Shown here piece after piece: positions 1 through 8,964 of a stretch of DNA of 48,019 nucleotides. Source of the stretch: an uncultured Candidatus Saccharibacteria bacterium (lineage in GTDB: Bacteria; Patescibacteriota; Minisyncoccia; Phycocordibacterales; Phycocordibacteraceae). Within the stretch, counting starts at the first letter, position 1. The number at the start of each line of letters is the position of its first letter. Under the pieces are notes generated by a model that had not been told where the DNA came from, did no database searches, and saw only the letters and a program-made list of their open reading frames with translations. Both the position numbers and the translations under genes were made by a program. Where the stretch lies: assembly GCA_964438675.1 (NCBI GenBank), contig CAYTKJ010000001.1, positions 1-48,019 of the forward strand, in the 5' to 3' direction.

Positions 1-9
1 ACAGAGGAC

Positions 10-1689
10 ATGGTCCGTATTGTCCCTTTGGGCGGCGTGGAAGAAGTCGGCCGCAACATGATAGCCATTGAAACTCCGTCGGGTATTGTTATTTCAGATG
101 CAGGATTTCAGTTCACTCGTGAGACAAACACGCCAGGCGTTGACTACATTCTTCCAAACACTAAGTGGCTCGAGGACAACAAGGACCGCATCCTTGCGCT
201 CTTTATCACGCACGGACACCTTGACCACATTGGCGGTATTCCATTCATGATGGATCGTATAGGCAACCCTCCCTTGTATACGCAGTACCTGACCTCACTC
301 ATGATCAAAAAGCGTCAAGAGGAGTTCCCGCATCAGCCAGCGATAGACATGCATGTCACAGAGATCGGCTCGTCCATCATGCTCACTGCCAAAAACGGGA
401 AGACGCTCACCGTAAAAACCTTTCCAGTCACTCACTCAATACCAGACTCGATGGGACTCTCTATCGTAACGAAACACGGTAACATTGTGATTTCTGGAGA
501 CCTGAAACTTGAGCACGAAGAAGGAGTGCCTGTCGAGCGCGAACAGAGGGTGTGGGGCACTCTAGGCAAAGACAAAAACATTATGTTTATTGCCGACTCG
601 ACGAACGCCGAGCGTGATGGCTTTTCGATCCCAGAGAAGAAAGTCTTTGCAACACTCGAAGACATTATTGCGAACGTTAAGGGACGCCTAATTGTCGGAC
701 TCATCGCCTCAAACTTTGAGCGCATGATCCGCATCATCCAAGCCGCAGAAAAAAATGGCCGCAAGGTCGTACTTGAGGGCCGCTCGGTTAAAAACAACAT
801 CGAAATAGCACAGCTTGCTAAGTTCTTTGAGCTCAAGAAAGGCACCATCATCCCTGCAGAATCTATGCGGGACCACCCTTCTGACAAGATCGTTATTATG
901 TGTACGGGCGCGCAAGGAGAAGATGCTGCAGCCTTGATGCGCATTGCGACCAAGAAGCACAAGTTCATTACCTTTAATGAGCGCGACACTATTGTGCTCT
1001 CGTCTTCGGTTATTCCAGGTAATGAAATGCAGGTCCAAAAACTAAAGGACAACCTATTGCGCCATGGACTCACTATCATCCACTACCGCTCGTCAGACGT
1101 GCACTCGACCGGACACGGAAATACGGGCGAACTAGTCTGGATGCGAGAGAAAGTAAATCCAAACTTCTTTATGCCCGCCTACGGATACCACTCAATGCTG
1201 AGAAATCACGCAAGTGCACAAATTGCGTCTGGGTTCCCCAAGGATCGCGTAATTATTCCAGATAACGGTACCGTGATCGACATCACGAACGGGACGGAGC
1301 TCTTTATCCATAAGGAAAAAGTACCGTGTACACCTATGATCGTGGATGGCTTCTCAATTGGTGATATGCAAGAGGTAGTGATTCGCGATCGGCAGGCGCT
1401 TTCCAAGGACGGTATGTTCGTGATTATTGCCACCGTAAACCTCCGTACCGGAACCTTAAAGAAGTCACCGGACATTATTTCTCGCGGCTTTGTGTACCTG
1501 CGCGAGTCACAAGGCATGCTCGCCGAGGCTCGTCTTTTAGTTAAAAAGTCTATCGAGGATATGACAAGCGGTATGAATCCCATTGACCTTGAGATGGTAA
1601 AAACCTCTCTCACTGAAAACGTTGAGCGCTACCTCTTTCAGAAGACCGCAAAACGCCCCATGGTGATCCCCGTCCTCATCGGCGTCTAG
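10..1689 (+). CDS. rnj: Ribonuclease J (metallo-beta-lactamase / beta-CASP family)
   Basis: 559-aa ORF with the metallo-beta-lactamase motif THGHLDHIGG near the N-terminus. Length and domain order are typical of RNase J. Confidence 0.88.
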   Translation: MVRIVPLGGVEEVGRNMIAIETPSGIVISDAGFQFTRETNTPGVDYILPNTKWLEDNKDRILALFITHGHLDHIGGIPFMMDRIGNPPLYTQYLTSLMIKKRQEEFPHQPAIDMHVTEIGSSIMLTAKNGKTLTVKTFPVTHSIPDSMGLSIVTKHGNIVISGDLKLEHEEGVPVEREQRVWGTLGKDKNIMFIADSTNAERDGFSIPEKKVFATLEDIIANVKGRLIVGLIASNFERMIRIIQAAEKNGRKVVLEGRSVKNNIEIAQLAKFFELKKGTIIPAESMRDHPSDKIVIMCTGAQGEDAAALMRIATKKHKFITFNERDTIVLSSSVIPGNEMQVQKLKDNLLRHGLTIIHYRSSDVHSTGHGNTGELVWMREKVNPNFFMPAYGYHSMLRNHASAQIASGFPKDRVIIPDNGTVIDITNGTELFIHKEKVPCTPMIVDGFSIGDMQEVVIRDRQALSKDGMFVIIATVNLRTGTLKKSPDIISRGFVYLRESQGMLAEARLLVKKSIEDMTSGMNPIDLEMVKTSLTENVERYLFQKTAKRPMVIPVLIGV

Positions 1690-1692
1690 TAC

Positions 1693-1720
1693 AAAAAATG
1701 CCCATTCTGGGGCATTTTTT
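1693..1720 (+). terminator. Rho-independent terminator after rnj (bidirectional-looking)
   Basis: aaaaaatgccc / attctg / gggcatttttt: the stem is preceded by an A-run and followed by a T-run, starting 4 nt after the rnj stop codon. Confidence 0.7.
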
Positions 1721-1741
1721 GTATGCGATATACTGACCTCA

Positions 1742-2884
1742 GTGCGCCAATTTATTTTACACATTGGAAATTTCCTTGCGCAGTACCACTACTACGTAGT
1801 CGCCTACGTCTTATCTTCCTTTCTCGCCTACTACGTAGGTGTAGGTACTGTCGGGTACGTGTTTATGGCTGCGTCCGCACTGTCTGCACTAGTCCTCTAC
1901 GCTGCTCCGCCCATCTTTCGTGCATTTGGAACCAAAAACGTATTGGTCCTCATTGTACTTGCAGAAGTGGCAACACTCTTAGGCCTTGCTGTTGCCTCAC
2001 ACTGGGTAACCGCCGCGGTGTTAGTGGCAGTACAGAGTACGCTCACTTTTGCACTCTTTATTGGAATAGACTTGCTGATAGAAGCATCTGTAAGGACAGA
2101 AAAAGTAACGGGTCGTGTCCGCACACTCTTTCTCATACTCTCAAATCTTGCGGTCCTTTTAGGCGCCCTGTCACTTACGTTCGTCGTTGAAGGAGACCAG
2201 TACTACCGCGCGTTTGTCACTTCGGCACTCGTGCTACTCCCCTTTTTAGCTTTTACGCTCTGGCTATTTCCGCGTGTGAGTCTCCCACCGCACACTGGCG
2301 CGGACGGGTCGGTCGTTGCTCAGCTAAGGAATAATAAGTCGCTCCGCGCAATTACACTCGCCCATTTTTTGCTCCAAGTGTTTTTTGCTTGGATGTCGAT
2401 ATACAGCCCCATCCTTCTCTTTTCGTACGAGGGCTTTAGTTGGGCCGAAATAGGTACGCTCCTTGCGCTGGCCATGCTCCCGTACATTGTGTTTGAATAT
2501 CCGTTCGGATTTATTGCGGACCGATGGCTCGGAGAGAAAGAAATACTCATCGCAGGTTTTGTAGTGATTGCGCTCTCCATGTTCCTCGTGCCACTGTTTG
2601 CAGGTGCCTCGTACTGGTGGTGGGCAGGACTCTTTATACTATCGCGTGTCGGTGCAGCAGGAGTGGAGGCTATGACAGAAGTGCACTTTTTCCGCCACGT
2701 CTCAGAGCGCGATGCCGCGACTATCACTGCATTTCGTACTTTAAAGCCCTTAGGAAATATTGCTGGCCCACTAATCGCGTCTCTTACACTTCTCGTACTC
2801 CCACTCCATGCGACTTTTTTTGTCTTCGGGCTCGTGATGCTCCTCGGCATCCCCGTTTCTCTCGCTCTTGTTGACTCTAAATAA
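1742..2884 (+). CDS. Multi-pass membrane transporter, MFS-like
   Basis: 380-aa ORF with a GTG start, hydrophobic helices throughout, and a cytoplasmic loop FGFIADRWLGEK that resembles the MFS motif region. This is a family-level call only. Confidence 0.65.
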   Translation: MRQFILHIGNFLAQYHYYVVAYVLSSFLAYYVGVGTVGYVFMAASALSALVLYAAPPIFRAFGTKNVLVLIVLAEVATLLGLAVASHWVTAAVLVAVQSTLTFALFIGIDLLIEASVRTEKVTGRVRTLFLILSNLAVLLGALSLTFVVEGDQYYRAFVTSALVLLPFLAFTLWLFPRVSLPPHTGADGSVVAQLRNNKSLRAITLAHFLLQVFFAWMSIYSPILLFSYEGFSWAEIGTLLALAMLPYIVFEYPFGFIADRWLGEKEILIAGFVVIALSMFLVPLFAGASYWWWAGLFILSRVGAAGVEAMTEVHFFRHVSERDAATITAFRTLKPLGNIAGPLIASLTLLVLPLHATFFVFGLVMLLGIPVSLALVDSK

Positions 2885-3722
2885 GCCCCTCTTTTCGTAG
2901 TTGCGCACGTAGCGCTCGAACGCGCGCGGAGTCGAAGTCCCTTACCCGTACCCCTGTAAGGTGAGCGCGTACTATCGCTCCCCGTATTTCCCTGTCTGAG
3001 CCTTTAAACTTCTTCTGCGTGGTGTGTGTCGCTGATCTGCGTGATGGATTAGGTACCGACTGTTTTAAGTATGAGCCGTAGTCCATAAGCGCCGCATACC
3101 ACGTGCGCGAAGCAACCCCTCGCGGGATTACCATATAGGGCACTAACTGTGAGTCGTTTACTTTTTTAGATCGAGGAAATAAGTGGTGTAAGTACACTGT
3201 GCGTATGTTGGTTTCGATCATCACTACTGGCTCGTTGTGAGCAAAAACTGCAACAGCTGCTTTAGTGTATGGTCCTATCCCTTTAGTTCCTCCTCGTACA
3301 GCTTCCCACAGGTACTTTGCACGTCTGTTATATCCTAGGCCCGACCAGAGCTTCAGCACATCGGACAGCTCGGCACGTGCTAATTTTTCTGCTGTTGGAA
3401 ATTTTTTAATAAATGCTTCGTATTTTGGTATAACGCGATCAACTTGCGTTTGCTGTAGCATCATCTCAGAAACTAGTATCTTGTACGGATCACTCGTTTT
3501 TCTCCAGGGCAAGTAGTGCCTACCGTGGCTTTTGTAATACGCCAGCGCTGATTTTTGTAATGCGCGTAAAGCTTTCAGCTTTTCTCGGCTTCCTCTCGAA
3601 CGAAATGAGTGTGAACCCTTATTTACGCTTCTCGAGTAGCCGCGTAAGCGGGTGCGCTCGGCAGTCGTGAGGACGTGCGGGACAGATGTAGCGACCATAG
3701 AGTACGAGGCCATTATTAACAT
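2877..3722 (-). CDS. HhH-GPD DNA glycosylase, MutY-like (A/G-specific adenine glycosylase homologue) without Fe-S cysteines
   Basis: LPWRKTSDPYKILVSEMMLQQTQVDRV and WSGLGYNRRAKYL match the MutY N-terminal domain. The protein has no Cys residues at all. The start is uncertain because the track ORF overlaps the nth 3' end by about 100 nt. Confidence 0.7.
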   Translation of the reverse strand: MLIMASYSMVATSVPHVLTTAERTRLRGYSRSVNKGSHSFRSRGSREKLKALRALQKSALAYYKSHGRHYLPWRKTSDPYKILVSEMMLQQTQVDRVIPKYEAFIKKFPTAEKLARAELSDVLKLWSGLGYNRRAKYLWEAVRGGTKGIGPYTKAAVAVFAHNEPVVMIETNIRTVYLHHLFPRSKKVNDSQLVPYMVIPRGVASRTWYAALMDYGSYLKQSVPNPSRRSATHTTQKKFKGSDREIRGAIVRAHLTGVRVRDFDSARVRALRAQLRKEGLI

Positions 3723-4269
3723 ACTTCCAGTCCTTTTTGGGAATCAGCGCCTCAAGGTCATGCGATATCTTTTTTAGATCTGTGTGTTTTGTAAGACCAA
3801 AGCGCCGCGCAAAACGCCTCACATGTGTGTCCGTTGGTATACCGTCGTACGTATCTAAAAGCTCGCTGCGTATGACGTGTGCCGTCTTATACCCTATTCC
3901 CGGGAGCTCCACGAGTTCCTCATACCCAAGACCTTTATATGCGCGTGCAGCTGCAATAATATGCTTTGCCTTATTTCTAAAAAACGTAATGGAAGAAATT
4001 TCTTTCTGAAACGTTGCAAGTCTCGCCTTCGCAAAGTCCTGTGGCGCTTTATATTTTTTAAACAATGCCCGCGTTACCCTATTTACCACCTTGTCAGTGC
4101 ACTGCGCAGAGAGCATAACCGCTACCACCAACTGAAACGGCGTTTTGTACAAAAGCTCCGTCTTAGGAACCGGGTACGCACTCTTTAGGTACACGACGAG
4201 CTTAGCCGCGCGCCGCTTCAAGGTCGGCAAGGACTTCGTTTGCGTGCGTGAGTGGGTTAACTTTTTCAT
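3619..4269 (-). CDS. nth: Endonuclease III (HhH-GPD bifunctional glycosylase)
   Basis: LSAQCTDKVVN, the HhH LPGIGYKTAHVI with the catalytic Lys, and DTHVRR with the catalytic Asp. The C-terminus has only C-X6-C-X2-H instead of C-X6-C-X2-C-X5-C. The start may be an internal TTG, because the track ORF overlaps bcp by 68 nt. Confidence 0.85.
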   Translation of the reverse strand: MKKLTHSRTQTKSLPTLKRRAAKLVVYLKSAYPVPKTELLYKTPFQLVVAVMLSAQCTDKVVNRVTRALFKKYKAPQDFAKARLATFQKEISSITFFRNKAKHIIAAARAYKGLGYEELVELPGIGYKTAHVIRSELLDTYDGIPTDTHVRRFARRFGLTKHTDLKKISHDLEALIPKKDWKYVNNGLVLYGRYICPARPHDCRAHPLTRLLEKRK

Positions 4270-4669
4270 ATACTTTTTCTATCTTCCTTTCCGGATTTAC
4301 GAGGTACGATGAGCGAGAAATACCAAGGTACTCGCGACCCATAAACTTTTTCTTCCCCCACACTCCATACGCCTCAATCATTCCCTTTTCTGGGTCAGCG
4401 AGAAGCGTGAACGGGAGCTTGTACTTTTTCGCAAACTTTTTGTGGCTCGCCACTGTGTCAGCAGAAACGCCAAAAATTTTAGCCTTCAACTTTCCAAACG
4501 CAGGGAACTCGTCGCGCAGTGCACAAGCCTCCTTGGTGCATCCTGGAGTGTCGTCCTTAGGGTAAAAGTAAATTAAGATCCACTGCCCTGCGTAGTCCTT
4601 AAGGGAATGCATAACGCCGTCCTGGTCAGGGAGCGTAAAGGCTGGCGCCTTTTGTGTAACTTTCAACAT
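4202..4669 (-). CDS. bcp: Thiol peroxidase / peroxiredoxin Bcp
   Basis: 155 aa with FYPKDDTPGCTKEAC, containing the peroxidatic Cys in the Bcp/PrxQ context. Confidence 0.9.
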   Translation of the reverse strand: MLKVTQKAPAFTLPDQDGVMHSLKDYAGQWILIYFYPKDDTPGCTKEACALRDEFPAFGKLKAKIFGVSADTVASHKKFAKKYKLPFTLLADPEKGMIEAYGVWGKKKFMGREYLGISRSSYLVNPERKIEKVYEKVNPLTHANEVLADLEAARG

Positions 4670-4693
4670 ACACCCAGTGTACCGTACCCCCTC

Positions 4694-5356
4694 CTACAGG
4701 GAAGGCTCAGCCTCCCCTCTAAACTCGTCACGCATTTCGAGTACATTACGAACCAGATCCACGAATTCCTGCTTTGTCATAAAATACTTTGGAAACTTTT
4801 CCGGGTCGCAAATAGCAAAATCGCGTGTGACGTACTCTGACATACTTGAGTACTTGTAGGTCAGCGCCGTACTGAGCGCTTTGCTACTTTCATACTTTTC
4901 ATTCGCCGGATTCAGGTGGATGTACGAATATAAATACTTAAGATGTCTGTCAGTACTTGTATGTACCGCTTTATACGTACCTTGAAATAAACTTCCGGAT
5001 CGCTCATGAGCAGTGTTGAAGAACATCGTATACGCAGTTCCAATACGATGCATAAACCGTTCTATTCCCTTTTCGCATAGTGGAGTAAGTAATAAATGGA
5101 AGTGGTTGGGCATCAAACAAAACGCACCTATAGCAACAAGCGGCTCTATGCGATACGAAAGCACATCACGAGGAGTCCGTGATGAGTATGAGAGAAACGT
5201 ATCAGCTCGCACGGTCTGTTTGCTATTCATCATCACTAAATACGCCATAAATCTGACATACTCAGAGTGAGACGTATAAATAATTCTTTTATCTACACCG
5301 CGATTATAAATATGATAGTACTCACCTTCAGTAAACTGAACGCGTCTACTCGCCAT
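4694..5356 (-). CDS. IS200-like Y1 (HUH) transposase family protein, RAYT-like
   Basis: 220 aa with YHIYNRG at the N-terminus, the HUH motif MPNHFHLL and the catalytic-Tyr motif YIHLNP. The gene is visibly AT-richer than its neighbours. Confidence 0.8.
   Translation of the reverse strand: MASRRVQFTEGEYYHIYNRGVDKRIIYTSHSEYVRFMAYLVMMNSKQTVRADTFLSYSSRTPRDVLSYRIEPLVAIGAFCLMPNHFHLLLTPLCEKGIERFMHRIGTAYTMFFNTAHERSGSLFQGTYKAVHTSTDRHLKYLYSYIHLNPANEKYESSKALSTALTYKYSSMSEYVTRDFAICDPEKFPKYFMTKQEFVDLVRNVLEMRDEFRGEAEPSL
4698..4718. repeat. 21-nt imperfect palindrome, left copy flanking the Y1 transposase
   Basis: agggaaggctcagcctcccct. Its reverse complement matches 5377-5397 at 19 of 21 positions. It lies within the last codons of the transposase ORF. 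Confidence 0.7.
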
Positions 5357-5376
5357 GTATAGAGTATACCGCGTTC

Positions 5377-5397
5377 AGGGGAGGCTAAGCCTTTCCT
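5377..5397. repeat. 21-nt imperfect palindrome, right copy flanking the Y1 transposase
   Basis: aggggaggctaagcctttcct, an inverted copy of 4698-4718. It overlaps the last codons of the amine oxidase ORF. Confidence 0.7.
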
Positions 5398-6635
5398 GAA
5401 GCTAAAATCTCACGTGCCACACGCTTACCTTCTTCGATTGCGCCGTGGACCATGCCAGAGTGACCACGAGTATTAGTCGCTTCTCCACAATAATACAGAG
5501 TATCTTCAATTGGGCGCTGCAACACGTCCCTCGTATCCTCCATACCCACCGTCGGAAACGAGTACGATCCGTATGCAAATGGATCACTCCCCCAGGTAAA
5601 GTGCCGTGCGTGCACAATCATGTGTTTTATTGCACTTCCTAAACCATCAGCGAGGTCTGCAATGCCCGCCTCTATTGCATCGCGTTCGTTCAGTTTCCCC
5701 AACTGGTCAGCAAGCGTTCCACCAGCAAAGCCCACAATCACCGTTTCTTCACCAAACCCACGTTGCCACCAGTGGCCAACAACACCCGATGTCGCAAGAA
5801 AGTGAAAATCGGGCACAGGCCCATTGACCCACAATGTCATCTTTGATGCATTACCAAAGCCAATTGCACGCACGGACTGCATAAATGCATCAGGAAGTGC
5901 AGGAAGAAAATCAGGTGGGCACTTTTTCATAACACCGATGGGAATAGTGCACACAATGGCAGAAGCGTTAAAATGCGCGCCGTTTTCTGCCTCAACATAG
6001 ACAGTGCCACGTTTCCAGCGGACACGTGTGACACGGTGCCTGAGACGTATATCGAGTCCTTCGGCATAGCTTTTACTAAGTTGATCGTACCCATGCGGAA
6101 CCCAGAAATTTCTGAGTCCATTCGTAGCCAACCGTTCTTCATGTACAATTCCTCGCACTGACAAGAGTCCTGGATCTGCAGACTCGATGTCACACGCGAT
6201 TTCTCGCACCTTGTAAAACGCAGCCTCTTGGTCCGTGACATACTTTCTAAAGTACTCGGCGAGCGACATGTCGGGACCATCATACTTCCACAGCTCATCA
6301 TCAGATTCACGAAAACGCTTGTAGAGCTCGTCGGTATCAAAGCGAAGCCCTCCCTTTTCGCCAAAGAGTCTATAAGAGTCAGCGTTTTCGGGCCCCGCAA
6401 TGTGCGTCTCGAGTTTTTGTTCTTTGACTACCTCCCACGTCACCGCGTTTTCTCCGTGTATAAACTCGGCCCCTGCCTCGACTACGCCGCGTTCTCGGAT
6501 AGTGTGTACTCTCCCTCCAATCCGGTCACGCGCTTCTAAAATAACTACGCGCTTCCCACCCTTCTGTAAATCGCGCGCCGCAGAGAGTCCTGCAGGTCCC
6601 GCGCCTATAACGATGACATCAAATGCGTCAGCCAC
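5385..6635 (-). CDS. FAD-dependent amine oxidase family protein
   Basis: 416 aa with the N-terminal dinucleotide fold VIVIGAGPAGLSAA and ILEARDRIGGRV, typical of flavin amine oxidases. The substrate is unknown. Confidence 0.8.
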   Translation of the reverse strand: MADAFDVIVIGAGPAGLSAARDLQKGGKRVVILEARDRIGGRVHTIRERGVVEAGAEFIHGENAVTWEVVKEQKLETHIAGPENADSYRLFGEKGGLRFDTDELYKRFRESDDELWKYDGPDMSLAEYFRKYVTDQEAAFYKVREIACDIESADPGLLSVRGIVHEERLATNGLRNFWVPHGYDQLSKSYAEGLDIRLRHRVTRVRWKRGTVYVEAENGAHFNASAIVCTIPIGVMKKCPPDFLPALPDAFMQSVRAIGFGNASKMTLWVNGPVPDFHFLATSGVVGHWWQRGFGEETVIVGFAGGTLADQLGKLNERDAIEAGIADLADGLGSAIKHMIVHARHFTWGSDPFAYGSYSFPTVGMEDTRDVLQRPIEDTLYYCGEATNTRGHSGMVHGAIEEGKRVAREILASGKA

Positions 6636-6712
6636 CCACCTATTGTGCCACGAACTTTGGAGCGCTATACATACGTACCGTCAACATATTTGTACTGTGT
6701 TAGACTAGCACC

Positions 6713-7180
6713 ATGACACATGACTTCACCATGCCAAATGAGGAGGAGCTGAGGGCACGACTGAGCCCAGAGGCGTATGAGGTGCTACGAAATAAAGGGA
6801 CTGAAATACCCTACACCGGCGACTTTTTAACCGAAACTCCTGACGGCACGTTTGCATGCAAGGTTTGCGGACAGCCACTGTTTGAGTCGACCGCCAAGTA
6901 TGACTCTATGACTGGTTGGCCATCATTCGATCAAGCCATTCCTGGTGCAACAAAGGAACTAATGGGCGGTGCTGTAGCAAACTGGATGGAAGTAGTGTGC
7001 TCACGCTGTAACTCACACCTCGGCCACGTCTTTGATGACGGTCCGGTACGATCGACTGGTAAGCGCTACTGTATCAACTCGGTGTGTCTCGACCTCGATA
7101 CGACTAAAGTCCCTACCCCACGCCCACCAGAACCTAAGGATTCCGAAGAAACGGTTGCTGACCTCCCATCCAAAGCATAA
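6713..7180 (+). CDS. msrB: Peptide-methionine (R)-S-oxide reductase
   Basis: Two CxxC zinc motifs (CKVCG, CSRCN), GWPSF, and the catalytic RYCINS. Confidence 0.9.
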   Translation: MTHDFTMPNEEELRARLSPEAYEVLRNKGTEIPYTGDFLTETPDGTFACKVCGQPLFESTAKYDSMTGWPSFDQAIPGATKELMGGAVANWMEVVCSRCNSHLGHVFDDGPVRSTGKRYCINSVCLDLDTTKVPTPRPPEPKDSEETVADLPSKA

Positions 7181-7722
7181 TGGCAACAGCAGTCTTTGGT
7201 GGTGGCTGCTTTTGGTGCACTGAAGCGGTATTTAAAATGATGAAAGGCGTGTCGAGCGTGCTCCCTGGCTACGCAGGAGGCACGGTACAGAATCCAACGT
7301 ACGAACAGGTATCTAGTGGCACCACGGGACATGCAGAGTGCGTCAAAATAGAGTACGACCCGACAATAGTGAAATACCACGATCTCCTTCTTGTTTTTTT
7401 CGGATCACATGACCCAACGACTGTAAACCGGCAAGGTAACGATGTCGGGACCCAGTACCGCTCAGTTATTTTTTTCACGACCCCTGAACAAAAGGCAGAG
7501 TGTGAAAAGTTTATCTCCGAGATTAATGCGTCGAATGAACACGGAGCACCGGTCGCCACAGATGTCGAACCACTGACTGAATTTTATGAGGCTGAGAACT
7601 ACCACCGCGATTACTTTGCTCGTAATCCGCACAACTCCTACTGCTCAATAATTATCAACCCAAAACTCGAAAAGGTCCAAAGAGAGTTCTCCGCGCTACT
7701 GAGCGCTGACCGACAAGGGTAG
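7180..7722 (+). CDS. msrA: Peptide-methionine (S)-S-oxide reductase
   Basis: GGGCFWCTEAVF active-site motif. The start codon overlaps the msrB stop (TAATG). Confidence 0.92.
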   Translation: MATAVFGGGCFWCTEAVFKMMKGVSSVLPGYAGGTVQNPTYEQVSSGTTGHAECVKIEYDPTIVKYHDLLLVFFGSHDPTTVNRQGNDVGTQYRSVIFFTTPEQKAECEKFISEINASNEHGAPVATDVEPLTEFYEAENYHRDYFARNPHNSYCSIIINPKLEKVQREFSALLSADRQG

Positions 7723-8481
7723 CGTGAACCAGAAGGTAGAGCCGCGCCCCTCTCCCACCGACTCTGCGCCTATCTTCCCACCATGTTTCTCAATAATACT
7801 CTTTGCAACGGAGAGCCCTATCCCGACCCCTTCCGTGTCAACACGCTTAGCAGACTCGGATCGAAAGAGCGGTGTAAAAAGGTGCCGCATGTGGTGCTGA
7901 GGAATCCCTATACCTGTGTCCGAGACTAAAAAGCGGACCGCCTTTTTCTCTGCACGTACGGTGACACGTATCGACCCACCGTCTCTGTTGTACTGCACCG
8001 CATTTTCAATAAGCACATCGACGACCGACGCAACACGCCCACGGTCGCCGAGTACGGTGGGCAGGTTCGGCGCCACTTCTGTCACTACAGACAGGTTTTT
8101 ACCACGCACGCGCGTGTCGAGGCGGGCGAGCGACTGTACGGCAAAGCGCGCAAGGTCGAGTGACTCCTTTTGGTACGCATACGATCCCCGCTGTGTGTGT
8201 GCAGCATCGACCAGTACGTTGGCAAGCTCGAGGAGTTGGTTACTCGCAGAGTCAACGCGATGCAGTCCCTCAAGGAGGGTCTGATCGAGGTCGGTACGCG
8301 AGAGGAGTGCGGACAGCTCCCACTTAATACTGGTGAGTGGGGTACGGAGCTTGTGCGCCACGATAGTCATAAACTCGTACTTTAGTCTCTCGACCCCGCG
8401 CGCTCGCCACAGTCGAAACCACATGAGCGCCGTAAGGCACACAAAGAAGAGCATCAGAATCCATTCAACCGGATAGCCCAT
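7696..8481 (-). CDS. Sensor histidine kinase (one TM helix, no recognisable sensor domain)
   Basis: H-box VAHKLRTPLTSI, N-box ENAVQYN, G-boxes SDTGIGI and GVGIGLS. There is a single N-terminal hydrophobic helix. Confidence 0.85.
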   Translation of the reverse strand: MGYPVEWILMLFFVCLTALMWFRLWRARGVERLKYEFMTIVAHKLRTPLTSIKWELSALLSRTDLDQTLLEGLHRVDSASNQLLELANVLVDAAHTQRGSYAYQKESLDLARFAVQSLARLDTRVRGKNLSVVTEVAPNLPTVLGDRGRVASVVDVLIENAVQYNRDGGSIRVTVRAEKKAVRFLVSDTGIGIPQHHMRHLFTPLFRSESAKRVDTEGVGIGLSVAKSIIEKHGGKIGAESVGEGRGSTFWFTLPLSVSAQ

Positions 8482-8486
8482 ACGTG

Positions 8487-8864
8487 TTAGGTACCGTCGA
8501 GAATGCTTTTGGCCTCTGCAACAATAGTTGCAGGGAGGGTGATCGCTTTTACAAAAAACTTCTTTGCCCCCAACGCAGTTGCTTTTGCCACGTCGTCTTC
8601 AGTGCTCAGGTTCGAGAGTATAATGACAGGGATACGCTCGGTCGCTAAGTCTGTTTTAAGTTGGCGCAGTACCTCAAGCCCTTCAACTTTAGGTAGGAGG
8701 AGGTCAAGCAAAATAAGGTCTGGGTGCCATTCGCGCGCAAGCTTAAGTCCTATTTCCCCATCTGCAGCCTGCTTCACTTCGTACCCCACACTAGTCAGTA
8801 CCCGCTCAACTGTGTCACCGAAAAACTTCTCGTCCTCTACATAGAGCACCCGTTTCCCAACCAT
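8487..8864 (-). CDS. Stand-alone response-regulator receiver (CheY-like)
   Basis: 125 aa with VEDE, DLILLDLLLP (phospho-acceptor Asp) and a conserved Lys region. There is no output domain. Confidence 0.85.
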   Translation of the reverse strand: MVGKRVLYVEDEKFFGDTVERVLTSVGYEVKQAADGEIGLKLAREWHPDLILLDLLLPKVEGLEVLRQLKTDLATERIPVIILSNLSTEDDVAKATALGAKKFFVKAITLPATIVAEAKSILDGT

Positions 8865-8964
8865 GTGCCCAGTATAGCGCTACGTGTAGCGATTCGTTCC
8901 ATTTGACTCACGCCTGTGGACGGCTCTCTCTCTTCGACCAGAACAGCAACATTCTGCACAGTAC

